From Mobula hypostoma (Eukaryota): a stretch of 64,000 nucleotides of DNA. The position numbers and the translations under genes are program-made. Positions within the stretch are counted from its first letter, which is position 1, and each line of letters starts with the position of its first letter. Shown piece by piece: positions 38,321 through 50,370 of this stretch. The notes beneath the pieces are model-generated. The model was not told the origin of the DNA. It was given only the letters and a program-made list of their open reading frames with translations, and did not search any database. The DNA lies in contig NC_086108.1 in NCBI RefSeq assembly GCF_963921235.1, forward strand, positions 43,340,001 through 43,404,000, in the 5' to 3' direction.

Positions 38321-41300
38321 TTTGTTTTAGTTTGCTTTCTGTTGCTTTTTAAAAGTTTCCAATCCTCTTGCTTCCCAGTAATTTTTTGCTATATTATGTA
38401 TCTTCTCTTTTGCTTTTATGTAGTCTTTAACTTCCCCTGTCAGCCACGATTGCCTCATCCTCCCTTTAGAATGCTACTACTACTTTGCAATGACCCTGTC
38501 CTGCACCTTCCAGACTGCTCCCAGAAACTCCAGCCATTGCTGTTCTGCGTCATCCCTACTAGTGTTCCCTTCCAAACAACTTTGGGCAGCTTCTCTCTCA
38601 TGCCTCTCTAATTCCCTTTAATCTACAATAATACTGATACATCTGACTTTTAGCTTCTCCATCTCAGTGGCAGGGTGAATTCTATCATATTATGATAACT
38701 ATCTCCTAAGGGTTCTTTACCTTGAGATCCGTAATCAAATCTGGTTCATTACACAACACCTAATCCAGGATTTATATTCCTTAGTGGGTTCAACCACAGG
38801 CTGCTCTGAAAATCCACTTCATCGGCATTCAACAATTTCTTTCTCTTGGGATTCAGCACCAGCCTGATCTTCCCAATCTACCTGCTTATTGAAATCCTCC
38901 ATGACCATCGTACCATTACCCTTTTTACATGCCTTTTCTATTTCCCATTGTAATCTGTACTCCAGATCCTGGCTACTGTTTGGTTGCCTGTATGTAACTT
39001 TCATCAGGGTCTTTTTACCCTTGCAGTTTCTTAACGCTACCCACAAGGTCTCTATATCTTTCTAAGTATTTGATATTATTTTTACCAACAGAGCCACTCC
39101 ACCCATTCTGCCTTGAATGTTGCAGGCTTTCACTGATGTCAACATTGTTAAAATATCACTTTGTTGTTTTGGAGCTGAGTCATTACAAACAATACAAGGT
39201 TGTGTGAATCTTTTGACTTCCTTGCCGATGGATGCAAAAAAAATGCTCAAGTGGATACTTTAAATACTCATGAATGGAATGCAGTGAAGTACTTCAGCAC
39301 ATAATACTTCATGTAGATGTTATTTTACATTGTACCACCATTGTTGCAAAGGCTGAGTTGTTGCCATGTGTCTTCTCTACAAAGTGTTCAAATATTTTAG
39401 TTTTATTTCTTGCCATGGGTTTAGCTTTTTAGATTTTCAAATAGATTCTGTCATGCTGCTGAGATTTACTAGCTATTATTTTGATTGGCCACCTCATATA
39501 CTGTACTGCACTGTTACTGACAAATATTTGACAATGATGGCACATTGTTTGGAAGTTTATTTCCAAAATTATTGTGTATTAGACCTAAAAGCTGAGCAGC
39601 AGTGCCTTGCTTTTATTCCAGTTGCTAAGTGAGAGAGTTTATTCTTGTTTCTGTGGCATAAAGTATATTTTCATGTTAGATTTGCACGTTGTCTTGGAGA
39701 GTAAGGTTCCATCTGATGCTGAGGTAGTTTTCAAGAGGTAGTAACTTGATGTCTGTTTTGTTCAAACCTTGAAGGGCTTGTTGTTGGTTGTTAGACCAGA
39801 GCCTTGTTAACTTGTTTTAAGTTTCATGTTGGAGTGAGGCTGAGACTAGTGATCAATTGGGTTGGAAGGGAATGGATGAATTTGGCCTTTAGCCAAAGTA
39901 GTCCTGAAGATGAGTGATGCAAATTGGATTATTGTTTTGAGTTGCCATGAATTTCCATTGTATTTCTTTTTGAGAGTTATATCTTTGTGATGTTGTAAAA
40001 TACTTGATATTGTTAAGACTTCTGAAGGAGACATTTGCTTTCAAGCTATGTTTATTCAATTCATGTTTGCATTGCTTTCAAACTGTGAGATCCATTCAGC
40101 GAAAAGCAGTTCTAATCTGTTATCATGGTTTCTCATGGAAATATTTTAAAAGAAATGATTGACAAGTTGGAAATCTCGTGCAAAAATAATACAGTATGCT
40201 AGGCTCTAGAGTCTTTGATCTTTGCACACTAATAGAACTTGTGCCACTCAGCAGGCCTATGGTGCACAAAACCTGTGACTACAATTAGCAATATAATTTT
40301 ACAGCCTGGGCCTCCAGCTTTTTGGCTGTTTCATTTTGATTTCTTGTACTGTGTTAATTTATTTTAAGTTTATGGCAAGGTAATTGCAGTGTTGCCCTGA
40401 GTAAATGCCAAATTTAGTTCTATATAGAATTCAATGAATTATTTATGCAGCCAGGTTGTTCTATTGGTGATAGCTGAAGAGCTCACTAGATTCACTGAAA
40501 TATTCTGTATGGATATTGTGACAGAGGGCTCTTCGCTGGCCTTGGGCAGCACTACAATAATTTCACAACCTTGAATGAACATACACTTGTCTTTTAATAG
40601 CCAAATAACAATCTTACCATTTGGTACCATATTTTGCTGGGTGGTGTCAGTGGTGCACACCCTTGGCACAGAAAGCAATTCCCATATACACACATGAACA
40701 CACACGTTCAGGACATATAAATGTACTTGCCATAATCGATCTGCCAGTGATATATGCAAACAGAAACAGAGAATAAGTTAATTATTAAACTTAATAAACT
40801 GAAATGTTTATTTGTTTTACGTTTGTTGAAGGAAGTGGATGAACTTGATGTAGGCTCTCCTTTCCTGCTTACTTAATGTGCTTGACCTTAAGATGCCCAG
40901 GGATCCTGCTGCGCCCTCTCAAATCTTTGTCCAAGTGCAAATTCTGGTTCCTATCCAACTCTAGATCTATATGTATAATACTGCTGGACACTGGCTTCTC
41001 ACCAGCAAAAAAAAATGAAGTGCTGTTAGCTGCCTTGTAGGTTATGAACAACTGTACAACTATATGACTATATAAACAGCTACAAATAATATTTTTGTTT
41101 GCGCATTATATCATGTAGGAGTCTATGATTTTTTTCCTCTTATAGTCTCATAGTCCATTTAAACTTTGCATTGGTACCAAACTTGCGCTGTCACTGTGGA
41201 GAGGTAGCCTTAAAGTGGAATCTTGATACAATGTCAGATTTGGCCCACCACTCCATAAAGTCTTGAGTACCACAGGAAAGTTTTACTGTGACACAGTTTC

Positions 41301-41608
41301 CTCTTGCTCCCAAAATAATGGTGGTTTAATATACAATGCCTATAAGAAAAGTATTTGCCTCCCTTGGAAGTTTTCATGTTTTATTTGTTTTACAGCATTG
41401 TATCACGGTGGATTTAATTTGGCTTTTTTGACACTGATCAACAGAAAAAGACTTTTTTGTGTCAAAAGTAAAAACAGATTTCTACAAAGTGATCTATATT
41501 AATTATAAATATAAAGCACAAAATAATTAATTGCATAAGTATTCACCCCCTTCAAGTCAGTATTTAGTAGATGCACCTTTGGCAGTAATTACAGACTTGA
41601 GTTTGTGT

Positions 41609-41891
41609 CCCCCCCACCCCCCCGGCTTTTTCTTTCTCCCTAGGCCTCCTGTCCCGTGATCCTCTCATATCCCTTTTGCCAATCAACTGTCCAGCTCTTG
41701 GCTCCATCCCTCCCTCTCCTGTCTTCTCCTATCATTTTGGATCTCCCCCTCCCCATCCCACTTTCAAATCTCTTACTAGCTTTTCTTTCAGTTGGTCCTG
41801 ACGAAGGGTCTCGGCCTGAAACGTCGACTGTACCTCTTCCTAGAGATGCTGCCTGGCCTGCTGCGTTCACCAGCAACTTTGATGTGTGTTG
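41609..41891 (+). mobile_element. Penelope-like 3'/pLTR fragment nested in the Tc1
   Basis: 13-bp TSD CTTGAGT(T/C)TGTGT at 41596-41608 and 41892-41904. Confidence 0.8.
41793..41830 (+). ncRNA. Minimal type I hammerhead ribozyme
   Basis: TGGTC-CTGACGA-AGG..CCT-GAAA-CG-TC-GACTG; stem I is kept by G-U pairing. Confidence 0.72.
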
Positions 41892-44384
41892 CTTGAGTCT
41901 GTGTGGATAGGTCTGTACCAGCTTTGCACATCTGGACACTGCAATTTTTCCCCATTCATCTTTACAAAACTGCTCAAGCTCTGTCAGAATGCATAGGGAT
42001 CATGAGTGAACAGCCCTTTTCAAGTTTAGCCACAAATTCTCAATTGGATTAAGGTTTGTTGTTTTTAAGCCATTCCTGTGTAGCGTTGGCTTTAAGCTTG
42101 GGGTCATTGTCTTGCTGGAAAACAGATCTTCTCTGAAGTCACAGTCCTCTCTCAGACTGCATCAGGCTTTCCTCCAGGATTTCCCTGTATTTTGTTGCAT
42201 TTATTTCACCCTCTACCATCCTTCACAAGCCTTCCAGGGGGTGAAGCATCCCCACAGCAAGATGCAGCCACCACCATGCTTCAGAGTAGGGATGGTCTGT
42301 TTTTGATATGTGTGGGGTTTGTCTTACGCCAAACATAGCATTTAGCCTGATGGTCGAAAAGCTCAATTTTGGTTTTATCAGACCATAGGACCTTCTTCCA
42401 ACTGACCAGAGTCTCCCACATGCCTTCTGGCAAACTCTAGCCGTGATTTCATGCGAGTTTTTTTCAACAGTGGCTTTCTTTTTGCCACTTTCCTATAAAA
42501 CTGCAACTGCTGAAGCACCCTGGCAACAGTTGCATGTGCTGTCTCTTGCATCTCTGCCACTGAAGCTTGTAACTCCTCCCTCGCTAGTCACCTTTTTGCA
42601 CTTTCACTCAGTTTTTGAGGACAACCTACTATAGGCAGATTTGCAGCTATGCCATGTTCTTTCCATTTCTTGATGATTGACTCCCAAGGGATATTCAGTG
42701 ACTTGGAAATTTTCTTGCATCCATCTCCTGACTTGTGCTTTTTGTGGAGTTGCTTGGAGTGTTCCTTTGTCTTCATGGTGTAGTTTTTTCCAGGATACTG
42801 TCTCACCAGCAGTTGGACCTTCCAGATACAGGTGTATTTTAATTACAATCAATTGAAGCACCTTGACTGCACACGGGTCTCCAAAAACAGATCTCTATTT
42901 AACTAATCATGTGACTTCTAAAAGCAATTGGCTGCACCAGTGATGACTTGATGTGCCATATTAAAGGGGGTGAATACATATGCAATCAATTATTTTGTGT
43001 TTTATATTTGTAACTAATTTGGATCACTTTGTAGAGGTCTGTTTTCACTTTGACATGAAAGAGTTTTTCTGTTGATCAGGGTTAAAAAAGCCAAATTAAA
43101 TCCACTGTGATTCAATGTTCTAAAACAATAAAACATGAAAACTTCCAAGGGAGGGTGAATACTTATTATAGGCACATAATGTGTTAATTTTAACAAACGT
43201 TTAGGTTATATTTTGTGTTCAATAATTGTGGTTAAACTTTAAATTTATGCAAATGAGGCACTAAACGTTGCATTGTTAACTTGTAACTGAACTCTGCTAA
43301 AATCATAATGGACTGGAGCACACTTGCACAGTTTATTCAGAGACATAAGCGTTTCCTTTTTTCTTAATATCGAAATAATGCAGAATTGAGAGAACTTTCA
43401 TTCCTTGCCAAAGTTTATGACTTATTTTTTCCATTTTGCTGTGCAATATATAAATTCTAAGTCTTCATCTTGTGGTCAGTGGTGCAGTAGGTTCTTGGTT
43501 ACAGTGGATTTGTAATTGAAAGTTCCTGTTTTTAGTCTGTAATTAGTGGAAGCCAGCTTTGTCTTTTTTTCTGTTTTATTCTAACTCTAGCTGAACACCA
43601 TATTGTTAGAAGCTTAGAGATGCTGGGTGTGGCATAATTCCATGCATTTGAACTTTTAGCTAGTGCTTGGAAACCTGTCATTGTTTTGTTACATTGAATG
43701 GTCATGAATAGTTCTGCCATTTCATTGGCATGTGGTTTTATCCCCAGCTGAGCATTAACTAGTTCATCTTAAGAATGCTAGTGCAGAGTCATATTACACA
43801 TGTGCACTGGCTATTAGTCTTTTAAAATTACACAGTACTTTGTTAAATATCTGGCCTCTCTGTAATGGTTAACACTATGCCTGTATTGAGAAACGTACGT
43901 GTACTAGCTGTTTGTTTAATTTTCCATTCTGTATTTTTATTACACAATATTTTTTATAATCCATTGTATATCAGTTTCTCTCCCCAAATAATGTTATTTC
44001 TATCTAGCATACTACATATGGTATCCCTGAGAAACTGAGTTGTTCATTAAAAATTTCCTTCAAAATTGTAATGGAAAATCTCTTGGCCTCAACAATCTTT
44101 GCAAATTGATTTTTGCAAAGAGTAGACTGAGGAATGTTACCAGCAAGTGAACAATGACTAATATTTATTGAATGCAACATGGGCGTAGTGATGGAGGAAA
44201 ACTATCAGCAAATTAATAAAGGAGATAGCTTGGGATTTGTAATATTTGATCTTATCTGAATGAAATTTGGAGAAAGCAAAGACAGTTTTAAATGGATTGA
44301 TATAAACTTGAAGCTAGTCTAAACTCTGCAGCAGTTACAAGTGCCAGAAAATAATTGTAAATTTTGTTGTCTGTCTTTAACAAG

Positions 44385-44464
44385 GTAATTTACCTTCAGA
44401 AAACACCAGAAGAGGCCTACAGATCTCTTGTAGCAGGAAAGAATCCTCCTTACATGCCATTCAG
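44385..44464 (+). CDS. CDC14A: CDC14A exon 5 ([27 protein letters not shown])
   Basis: Peptide homology; aacaag acceptor, gtatga donor; phase 0 to phase 2. Confidence 0.95.
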
Positions 44465-44858
44465 GTATGATTGCCATGTAGTACCACAAATAAGTTTCCT
44501 TGATTTACTGTTTATATAATTGCATTTCTTAATATATTGAAAGTGAAATTTATTTTTCCTCATACTTAAAACCATGGAATGCCTGTGCCTGGAAGGAAGG
44601 GCGAATTATTTCTACAGCATTGTTTCATGTGATTGAAGGCATGAGAATGGTTATGTTGTATTTCTTGTCCACTGCACTCTTTCAAATATCATTTTCCTTT
44701 ATATGGCTCAGATTGGGAATAGAAGTACTTGGTGTCATGGACTGATCTTAAATCACTGTCGTGTGCTCTGTTTTGCACTTTCTGATCCTAGAGTTTGTAC
44801 CTTTGGGACTAAATTACTTCTGTAAACATTGTATGCAAGCATAGCCTCCCAGATGATT

Positions 44859-45064
44859 TTAAAAACGCAAACAACAGGAATTCTGCAGATGCTGGAAATT
44901 CAAGCAACACACATAAAAGTTGCTGGTGAACGCAGCAGGCCAGGCAGCATCTCTAGGAAGAGGTGCAGTCGACACTTCGGGTCTCGGCCTGAAACGTCGA
45001 CTGCACCTCTTCCTAGAGATGCTGCCTGGCCTGCTGCGTTCACCAGCAACTTTTATGTGTGTTG
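44859..45064. mobile_element. Young Penelope-like fold-back insertion
   Basis: Perfect 70-bp inverted arms 44904-44973 / 44996-45065; perfect 13-bp TSD CTCCCAGATGATT at 44846-44858 and 45065-45077. Confidence 0.88.
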
Positions 45065-45469
45065 CTCCCAGATGATTAATGTTTTTAGCTAAATTGACAG
45101 GAATGAAGTATTATCCTCTGAAGTTCTATTCCTCGGTATGTTGATATTTTAAAGATGAGTTTAGAGTGACTAGGAAGAAGTGAATGTTCATGCGTCCTTT
45201 GCAATTTATAACAAATGAAACGTGGCATGTGATCTTTGTTTGCAAGACCTCCTTGGTTAAAATGAGTAATCATTTTAAGTTGTCAGTTCTGCTTGCTGGT
45301 TTACTCAACTAAGCTACCATCATAGCACTATCTATTGTTACCACAGTTAGAGTGATTTTGTAATAGGACAATGTTTTGTAATTTGATCATTTATGTGTTG
45401 AAATGGTGTATATAGAGAAAAGAGCTTAAAAAATTGGTTTTGGTCTTGTCAAAAGTGACTGAGGAATTA

Positions 45470-46390
45470 ATAAAGTTCAAAGTAAATTTATTATCAATGT
45501 GCATGTATGTCACCGTCCCTGATTTTCATGGACTTCCTGAAGTCAATAATCAGCTGCTTGGTCTTACTGACATACAGAGAGATGGTTGTTGTGGTACCAC
45601 TCAGCCAGATTTTCAGTCTCCCTCTTTTTTGCTGATTCCTCATCACCTTTGATACAACCAACGACAGTGATGCGTTAGGAAACGTAAATATATAATTGGA
45701 ACTGTGCTTAGCCATAGTTATAAGTATGAAGTGAGTAGAGCGGGGGCTAGCCTTGTGATGCACCTGTGCGAAGGAGTTTGCGGAGATGGTGTTGTTGCCA
45801 ATCCAAACTGAGGTCTGCAAGTGAAGGAATCAAGGGTCCAATTGCATAGGGAGGTATTGAGGCCAAAGTCTTGAAGTTTATTGATTAGTTTTGAGGTGAT
45901 GAGGGTATTGAATGCCCAGCTGTGGTCGATAAAGATCATCTTAATGTATGCATCTTAGTATCCAGATGTTCCATAGTTGAATGAAAAGCCAATGAAATGG
46001 CATCTCCTGTGGACGTGTTGTGCTAGTAGCAAATTGGAGTGGATCCAGTTGCTTCTCAGGCAAGATTTAACGTGTTTCATTACTAACATCTCAAAACACT
46101 TCACAGTGGATGCAAGTGCTACTGGAAGATGAGTCATTGGAGGCAGGTTACCACATTCTTCCCAGGGCATAATTGAAGCCTGCTTGAAGCAGTGGGTACC
46201 CCAGACTTCTGAAGTGAGAGGTTAAGGATATCGGTGAACATGCTAGCTTGTTCATTAACACAGATATTTAGTACATACTTGGCCAGGTACCTCATCAGCG
46301 CTGGATGCTTTTTGTGGGTTCACCATCCTAAAGAATGCTCTCACATTGGCCTCTGACTGAAATCACAGGGTTATCGGGGGCTGTGGGAAT
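45470..46390 (-). mobile_element. Rex1/Babar-type LINE fragment
   Basis: [29 protein letters not shown] and LYVSKTKQLIIDFRK remnants. Confidence 0.8.
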
Positions 46391-47057
46391 AACAGAACGT
46401 GATGATATAGAAAATGAAGTGGAATAGGAATTTGTTATAGGGGAATCAATGGATATCCCAGAAATGGCAATAAATTGTGAATTTTGAAGGAGAAATATAG
46501 AGTAATTGAAGATTACTCTTGAAGAAGGCAGTGGTAACCAAGTAAACTGTTGGAGCTACAAGCTAACAAGTTTCCAGACTTGATTGATTTCATCATGTCC
46601 TTGGAAAGCGTAGCTAGTGAGATTGATGAATTAATTTGTTTTTCCAAACTGCCGTCATTCATTTGGCATGTTATGCTAGGCTGGAGAGCCTGTTTCTGTG
46701 CCACATTGCTCCCTAACTCTATTTTCAAGATAATTACATAAAGTCAGCCTGGTTTTGTGAAATGGGATATGATGTTTAACCAATTTATTTCATTTCTTTG
46801 AAGAAATAACGTGATGTGTATAAGGGGAAACTGATGGGTGTACTATACTGGAACTTAGAAAAAAGTGTTTAATTAGGGGTCATCTTGAAGGTTATTCGAG
46901 AAAATAAAAAACTTGTGCTGTGACAAATCAACATGGGTGGAAGATGGACTCGCTAATTGGGGTGTAAGTGAGTCTTGTTCTGGTTGGCTGGATGTAAAGT
47001 GATTTGCTAGAGGGAAGAAATGCTTTGATTTCAACTTCCTATCAATTGTTTAATTTA

Positions 47058-47592
47058 CACCTGGAGTGCTATGTGCTGTATTGGTCTCCAAATTTGAGGA
47101 AAGCATTCTTGCTATTGAGGGAGTGCAGCGTAGGTTCACAAGGTTAATTCCCCGGATGGCGGGACTGTCATATGTTGAAAGATTGGAACGACTGGGCTTA
47201 TATACTCTGGAATTTAGAAGGCTGAGAGGGGATCTTATTGAAACATATAACATTATTAAGGGATTGGACACGCTGGAGGCAGGAAGCATGTTCCCGCTGA
47301 TGGGTGAGTCCAGAACCAGGGGCCACAGTTTAAGAATAAGGGGTAGGCTATTTAGAACGGAGTTGAGGAAAAACTTTTTCACCCAGAGTGTGGTGGATAT
47401 ATGGAATGCTCTGCCCCAGAAGGCTGTGGAGGCCAAGTCTCTGGATGCTTTCAAGAAAGAGATGGATAAAGCTCTTAAAGATAGTGGAATCAAAGGTTAC
47501 GGAGATAAGGCAGGAACTGGATACTGATTGTGGATGATCAGCTGGCTCGAAGGGCCGAACGACCGACTCCTGCACCTATTGTCTATTGTCAT
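47058..47592 (+). mobile_element. Young CR1 LINE 3' end
   Basis: ORF 47066..47527 EGVQRRFTRLIP...LEFRRLRGDLIETY...GIKGYGDKAGTGY*; (ctattgt) tail. Confidence 0.9.
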
Positions 47593-49274
47593 TATTTAAG
47601 GAAAGTTATTAATCTGTTAGAAACATATCAATGACTGTTTACAAGACTTTAGAAGGAAAGATTGAATAGGCTTGCCTTGTATTTGCTGAAGTGAAACATA
47701 CAAGACTTGTAGGGTCTCTGATGTGGTGGATGTGAAGATGGCATTCTTTCTCGGGGATGAATTCAAAATTGGAGATAGCAGTAATATTACTCAGCTATGA
47801 AATTTTGTCCTTGCTTAGTTTTATGAATCATTGGAATTCTTTCTAACAGACTTAGTTTTCAAGATTTGTATGTTAGCGTTAGATATAGATTCTTGAAAGG
47901 CAAGGATCAAAAGTTTCCTGGAGAAGATGAGAATATAGGGTTAAAGTTGTTTTTTTTAAAAAAATCTGTAGTCTTGAATACAAGACAGCCAAGGATCTGA
48001 GAGACATATACTCTGGTTTCTAAACTGTATGTGTACACGGGCAGTAAAAGAAAATGACGTTAATCTAAATGTTACTGATCCAGACAAAAGTTGATGCAAT
48101 GTAGAATTGAAACCAAAAGCTTAATGTCTGTATGAACTATTACATTTAGAGTTTATTTTTCATGTTTCTGTTGAGTAACCTACATACATATTTTGATTTT
48201 AGTCACAATGAATATATATTTTTAATTTACTTGGGCTTTTGTGATGCATACCTTAGATTTTTATCAAGTTGATCTAGATCGAGCATATAATAGATAAATC
48301 ACATTTGCATAAATATACCTGTTGTAATGTTGGGATCTGTATTGATTTCTTTAGTTGGGTGGTTGCAATGTATTAATTGATGCAGCTGTTGGTTTTGTCT
48401 TTTTAATTGTTTTTATTTCCTTTCACAATGTAGAACTGTGACTGTTTCACTTGGTACCTTCTCCTGCAACCAGTGATGTGGTTTTAGCTTTTTTTATGCC
48501 CTTTCTTGAGGCATGCCAAAGAATGATATTAAATTGTATCATAATCTGCTGAGTGTGAGAAAACTCGGAAGTAAAGCAGAGGGGTTTATTGCAACATTTG
48601 GAGGGAATTCATTTGAAGGGGTTGAAAACGTGTTTAAAATGTATTTTTATTTTTTTCCTTTGCTTAAGGCACTCCCACATGCTAAAGACTTGATTTAATA
48701 TACTTATCTAGAGTAATTCCATTTTTGTTATTTACCTTGCTCCTGGGAGTCAATGTTTGCTGTGCATGCATGTGCTAGGTTTAACCCAGCAAAAGCTGGA
48801 GCACATTTTCCAGGTTGAATGTTGTGAAAATTGTGGAGGTTTGTGCTTCCTCGGACTCCATGAGCAGCCTGAGTAATGGAGCAAATGATGCCATTACTAA
48901 TTTGGACTGGTGTAAGTACCAAAAGCTGGGACTTCTGAGGGTATTTGGTGTTCAGTCATTATTTCTAGTGTGGGGCAAGAAATTATGTCCTCATCATGTG
49001 CTCTTGTTGCACAGATTTACTTTACTACTTTGAAAGAGTTTAATCATTTATTTTAATAGAAAAGTGAGAAAAAGACTGCAAAAGTTGTTCTAATGGGGGG
49101 GGGAGTAACTAATTGCCTAATAGTTGTTAAAAATGTAATGCTAATTCAGTTCTCTTTTTTTGTGATTTGCGGAGAATCTTTATTTTGGGGTAACTAGTCA
49201 CGGATTATATGAAAATGATCTGTTCTCAAGTCAATTTTATTGCAGCAATAAGAAGTTCAGTCTTTTATCCCTTT

Positions 49275-50370
49275 ACGGACTGAAAATGCTGGAATCTGGA
49301 CTGCCATACAAAGCACTAGAGGAGCATGGCAGGCCAGGCAGCACATTTGGAAGGAAATTCACTGTTTTTGGTCACACCCTTTAGTCTGAAAGATTGTGGA
49401 GAGACAGCCAATGTAAGAAAAAAAATAGAGGGAAAGGTGGAGGAAGAGTAATTTCTGATGAGTGGATCTAGGGGAGGGTAGGGGGAGATAGGAAGTTGAA
49501 GTAAGGGGAAAAGTGTAAATGATATCAGAAACTGGAAGGTAAAAGTTGAAATGAGAAAGGATTGGCCGGCTGGTGGCGCAATGACATCAGCTCGGTATTC
49601 TGGAACGAAGGTTCCCGGGTTCGAATCCAGTCAGAGCCACTCCCAAGTACACTTTCCGTCTGTGCCGCATTGAGTGTCGAGATCGCAACTCAACCTTGTA
49701 AAATAAAGGGAAAAATACTGCGAAATGTCTGTGTGTGGAGTGGTGCGCCACACAGTGTCTCTTTCTCGCTGCGTGCCTTGTAAAGGCATGAAAAAGACAT
49801 TGTCCCACCAACATCGCACACACACGGACGCACGCACGCGCACTCACAGACGAACACACATGTATGCACATGCAAAAAAAAAAGAAATGAGAGAGGACTG
49901 AAAATGATAGATTCTGGTAAGAAACGAAGATGGAATAAAGGAAGGGAGGTAGTAGGGAAAATTGTTGGAGGAGTTTGTGGGTGATGGCCAGTAGAGGGAG
50001 TGCCTCACTAGGAAGAGCTGTTTACGGTCCTGGGTGGTGGTGAGGGGAGGTGTTACACCTTTTTGAAGTTGTGCAAGAGAGTGCCAAGGAGGAGAATGAT
50101 TGGAAAAGGGAGTCACAGAGAGACTGATCCTTTTGGAAAGTGGGGAAGGGATGGGATCCAGTTGTAGATGATGTGTAGATAAAAAATGATATGTTGGATG
50201 CATAGTCTGGTGAGGAAGTAGGTGATTTCCAGGGGAACTCTAAGGGGACAGGGTGAGGGCAGAAGTGCTGGAAATTGAGGAGATATGGGTGAGGGGTCCA
50301 TCTGTAGCACTGGGGGAAATTCTCATTTTCTGAACAAGGAGGGCTTTCACTTTGTCTTTCAGCCTGCAAT
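49275..50370 (-). mobile_element. Old Penelope-like element (ORF C-terminal remnant plus pLTR), interrupted by a SINE
   Basis: HLQLDP...PLTTTQDRKQLFLVRH resembles the PLE RT-to-GIY-YIG linker; pLTR end at about 49275-49390. Confidence 0.6.
49562..49883 (+). mobile_element. tRNA-derived SINE with poly(A) tail
   Basis: A-box TGGCGCAATG, B-box GGTTCGAATCC, A-run tail, 14-bp TSD GAAATGAGA(A/G)AGGA at 49548-49561 and 49884-49897. Confidence 0.85.

Larger units (their letters stand above)
35378..39115 (-). mobile_element. Long CR1 LINE (endonuclease to 3' tail), interrupted at about 37123-38320
   Basis: YLDFQKAFDKV, DKSLGPDGLHPRVLKE, WVALRNCKGKKTL and GGVALLVK remnants in collinear order; tail at 35378. 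Confidence 0.85.
41334..43176 (-). mobile_element. Full-length but decayed Tc1 transposon with long (about 220 bp) TIRs
   Basis: TA-flanked long inverted termini; MKTKEHSKQL...GCKKISKSLNIP and KRKPLLKKTRMKSRLEFARRH remnants. Confidence 0.9.

Noticed and set aside
40439..40790. 106-aa minus-strand ORF or possible old retroelement with (TAAA) tail
   Set aside because: No recognisable domain, TSD or second copy.
49564..49640. tRNA gene
   Set aside because: A/B boxes are present but there is no convincing cloverleaf; it continues into a SINE body with tail and TSD.
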